Source: Candidatus Zixiibacteriota bacterium
Lineage (GTDB): Bacteria; Zixibacteria; MSB-5A5; UBA10806; 4484-95
NCBI GenBank assembly: GCA_029932605.1
Contig: JAOZPT010000034.1
Coordinates: 10,318-26,621 of the forward strand
Direction of reading: 5' to 3'
Length of the DNA stretch: 16,304 nucleotides
This document shows, in pieces, positions 15,567-16,304 of the stretch. Under the pieces are notes generated by a model. It had not been told where the DNA came from and did not search any database. It saw only the letters and a program-made list of their open reading frames with translations. The position numbers and the translations under genes are program-made. Positions within the stretch are counted from its first letter, which is position 1; each line of letters opens with the position of its first letter.

Positions 15567-16099
15567 CTAATATGGCCAATCCCAGTGCCCCGGTGGCAAA
15601 TCAGGCGGCTCAAAAGCAACGCAGTTCTGGTTCCAAAAGTATCTGAAGACATCTTGGTAATATTGGTTCCAATTAGAAAATAAACCATAGACAGGGTCAC
15701 AAATGTAGTCATTGCCATCATATAAATAATGGGTTACCATGTGATAAAAGAAATTATAATTACCCATGTTTGGCCATGTCCAGAGCAAATAAAGTTTATT
15801 ATTTTCGCTGGTATTTATCCACCGGTAAATATGCGTGCTATCTTGAAAGGTAATACCAGATATAATTCCTCTACTGTTTGCGCCTATTCCTATGCTATTT
15901 ACAATAACTGTCATATAGTTCGCGAAATCTCCGCATTGTCCATATCCATACCTGAACAAAAACAGAGGGTCATTTGTATGCCAGTATTCGCCCGGATCAT
16001 AGATGTAATTTTCTCCATATATTGAATCAGTTGTATTTCCTAAAATTTTGGAAACATTATTAATGATAAGCAAGTTACCGTTATAAAATATTTAAACAT
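15567..16099 (-). pseudogene. Probably secreted transglutaminase-like (Cys-His-Asp) protein, frameshifted after its signal peptide
   Basis: RBS GAGGAGGG and ATG 16099 give MFKYFITVTCLSLIMFPKF* (stop 16042-16040). The overlapping frame 16073-15567 carries GQCGDFA (Cys47), YHMV (His111) and ICDP (Asp126). One added base near 16043-16055 would fuse them into a 177-aa protein. Confidence 0.62.
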
Positions 16100-16173
16100 T
16101 ATTCCCTCCTCTTTAATTTTAATGTTTTTTAAGAAGATTTTAATATTTTATAACATATAAGCCCCCTTTAAGC

Positions 16174-16304
16174 TTAAGGTTCTACGTAAAAATAGCACCA
16201 GCCTGGTTCTGGTATTTCTACAAGGCCTTTGAAATAATTAACTAAATAAGTAACATCCGCCCAATCAACAAGGCAGTCGCCGTTTGCATCGGCTCGCCAG
16301 TATG
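16174..16304 (-). CDS. 3' end of a gene with a C-terminal dockerin type I-like repeat (partial; 5' end outside the window)
   Basis: Manual translation from 16302 gives YWRADANGDCLVDWADVTYLVNYFKGLVEIPEPGWCYFYVEP*, containing a DxNxDxxVxxxD Ca-binding loop plus helix. It is not in the supplied ORF track. Confidence 0.8.
   Translation of the reverse strand, partial: YWRADANGDCLVDWADVTYLVNYFKGLVEIPEPGWCYFYVEP

Noticed and set aside
15294..15721. Short ORFs 15294-15506, 15422-15646, 15432-15683 and 15530-15721, including a repeated RWVGYN peptide
   Set aside because: They read through the DNA repeats or overlap the transglutaminase-like gene. The peptide repeat merely reflects the DNA repeat, and there are no RAYT motifs.
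16148..16169. RBS-like AAAGGGGG followed by ATG TTA TAA (Met-Leu-stop) on the minus strand
   Set aside because: It could be a decayed gene start or a minimal uORF, but it is too short to support.

Overview
This is a mostly core-genome window from a low-to-moderate-GC bacterium. A C-terminal dockerin with the motif DVTYLVNYFKG and a PNPFN-type sorting tail suggest a candidate Zixibacteria-like or FCB-adjacent lineage (inference). Left to right it contains: a succinate:quinone oxidoreductase operon in the order sdhA-sdhC-sdhD-sdhB (+), probably di-heme, with a Rex/CRP-like operator in its promoter; a minus-strand yicC-gmk-rpoZ-topA run; a divergent rqcH (NFACT) gene; a secreted papain-family (C1A) protease with a T9SS-type C-terminal domain (-); and xerC-hslV-hslU (+). 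After these come a ~360 bp cluster of GTA(G/A)-footed REP-like hairpin doublets, with related elements at 26-52 and 9679-9731; a frameshifted, probably secreted transglutaminase-like gene (-); and the 3' end of a dockerin-bearing gene cut off by the window edge and absent from the ORF track. I see no rRNA, tRNA, CRISPR array or transposase. The best leads are the heterologous REP doublets and the dockerin/transglutaminase-like locus. Neither is a proven new system.
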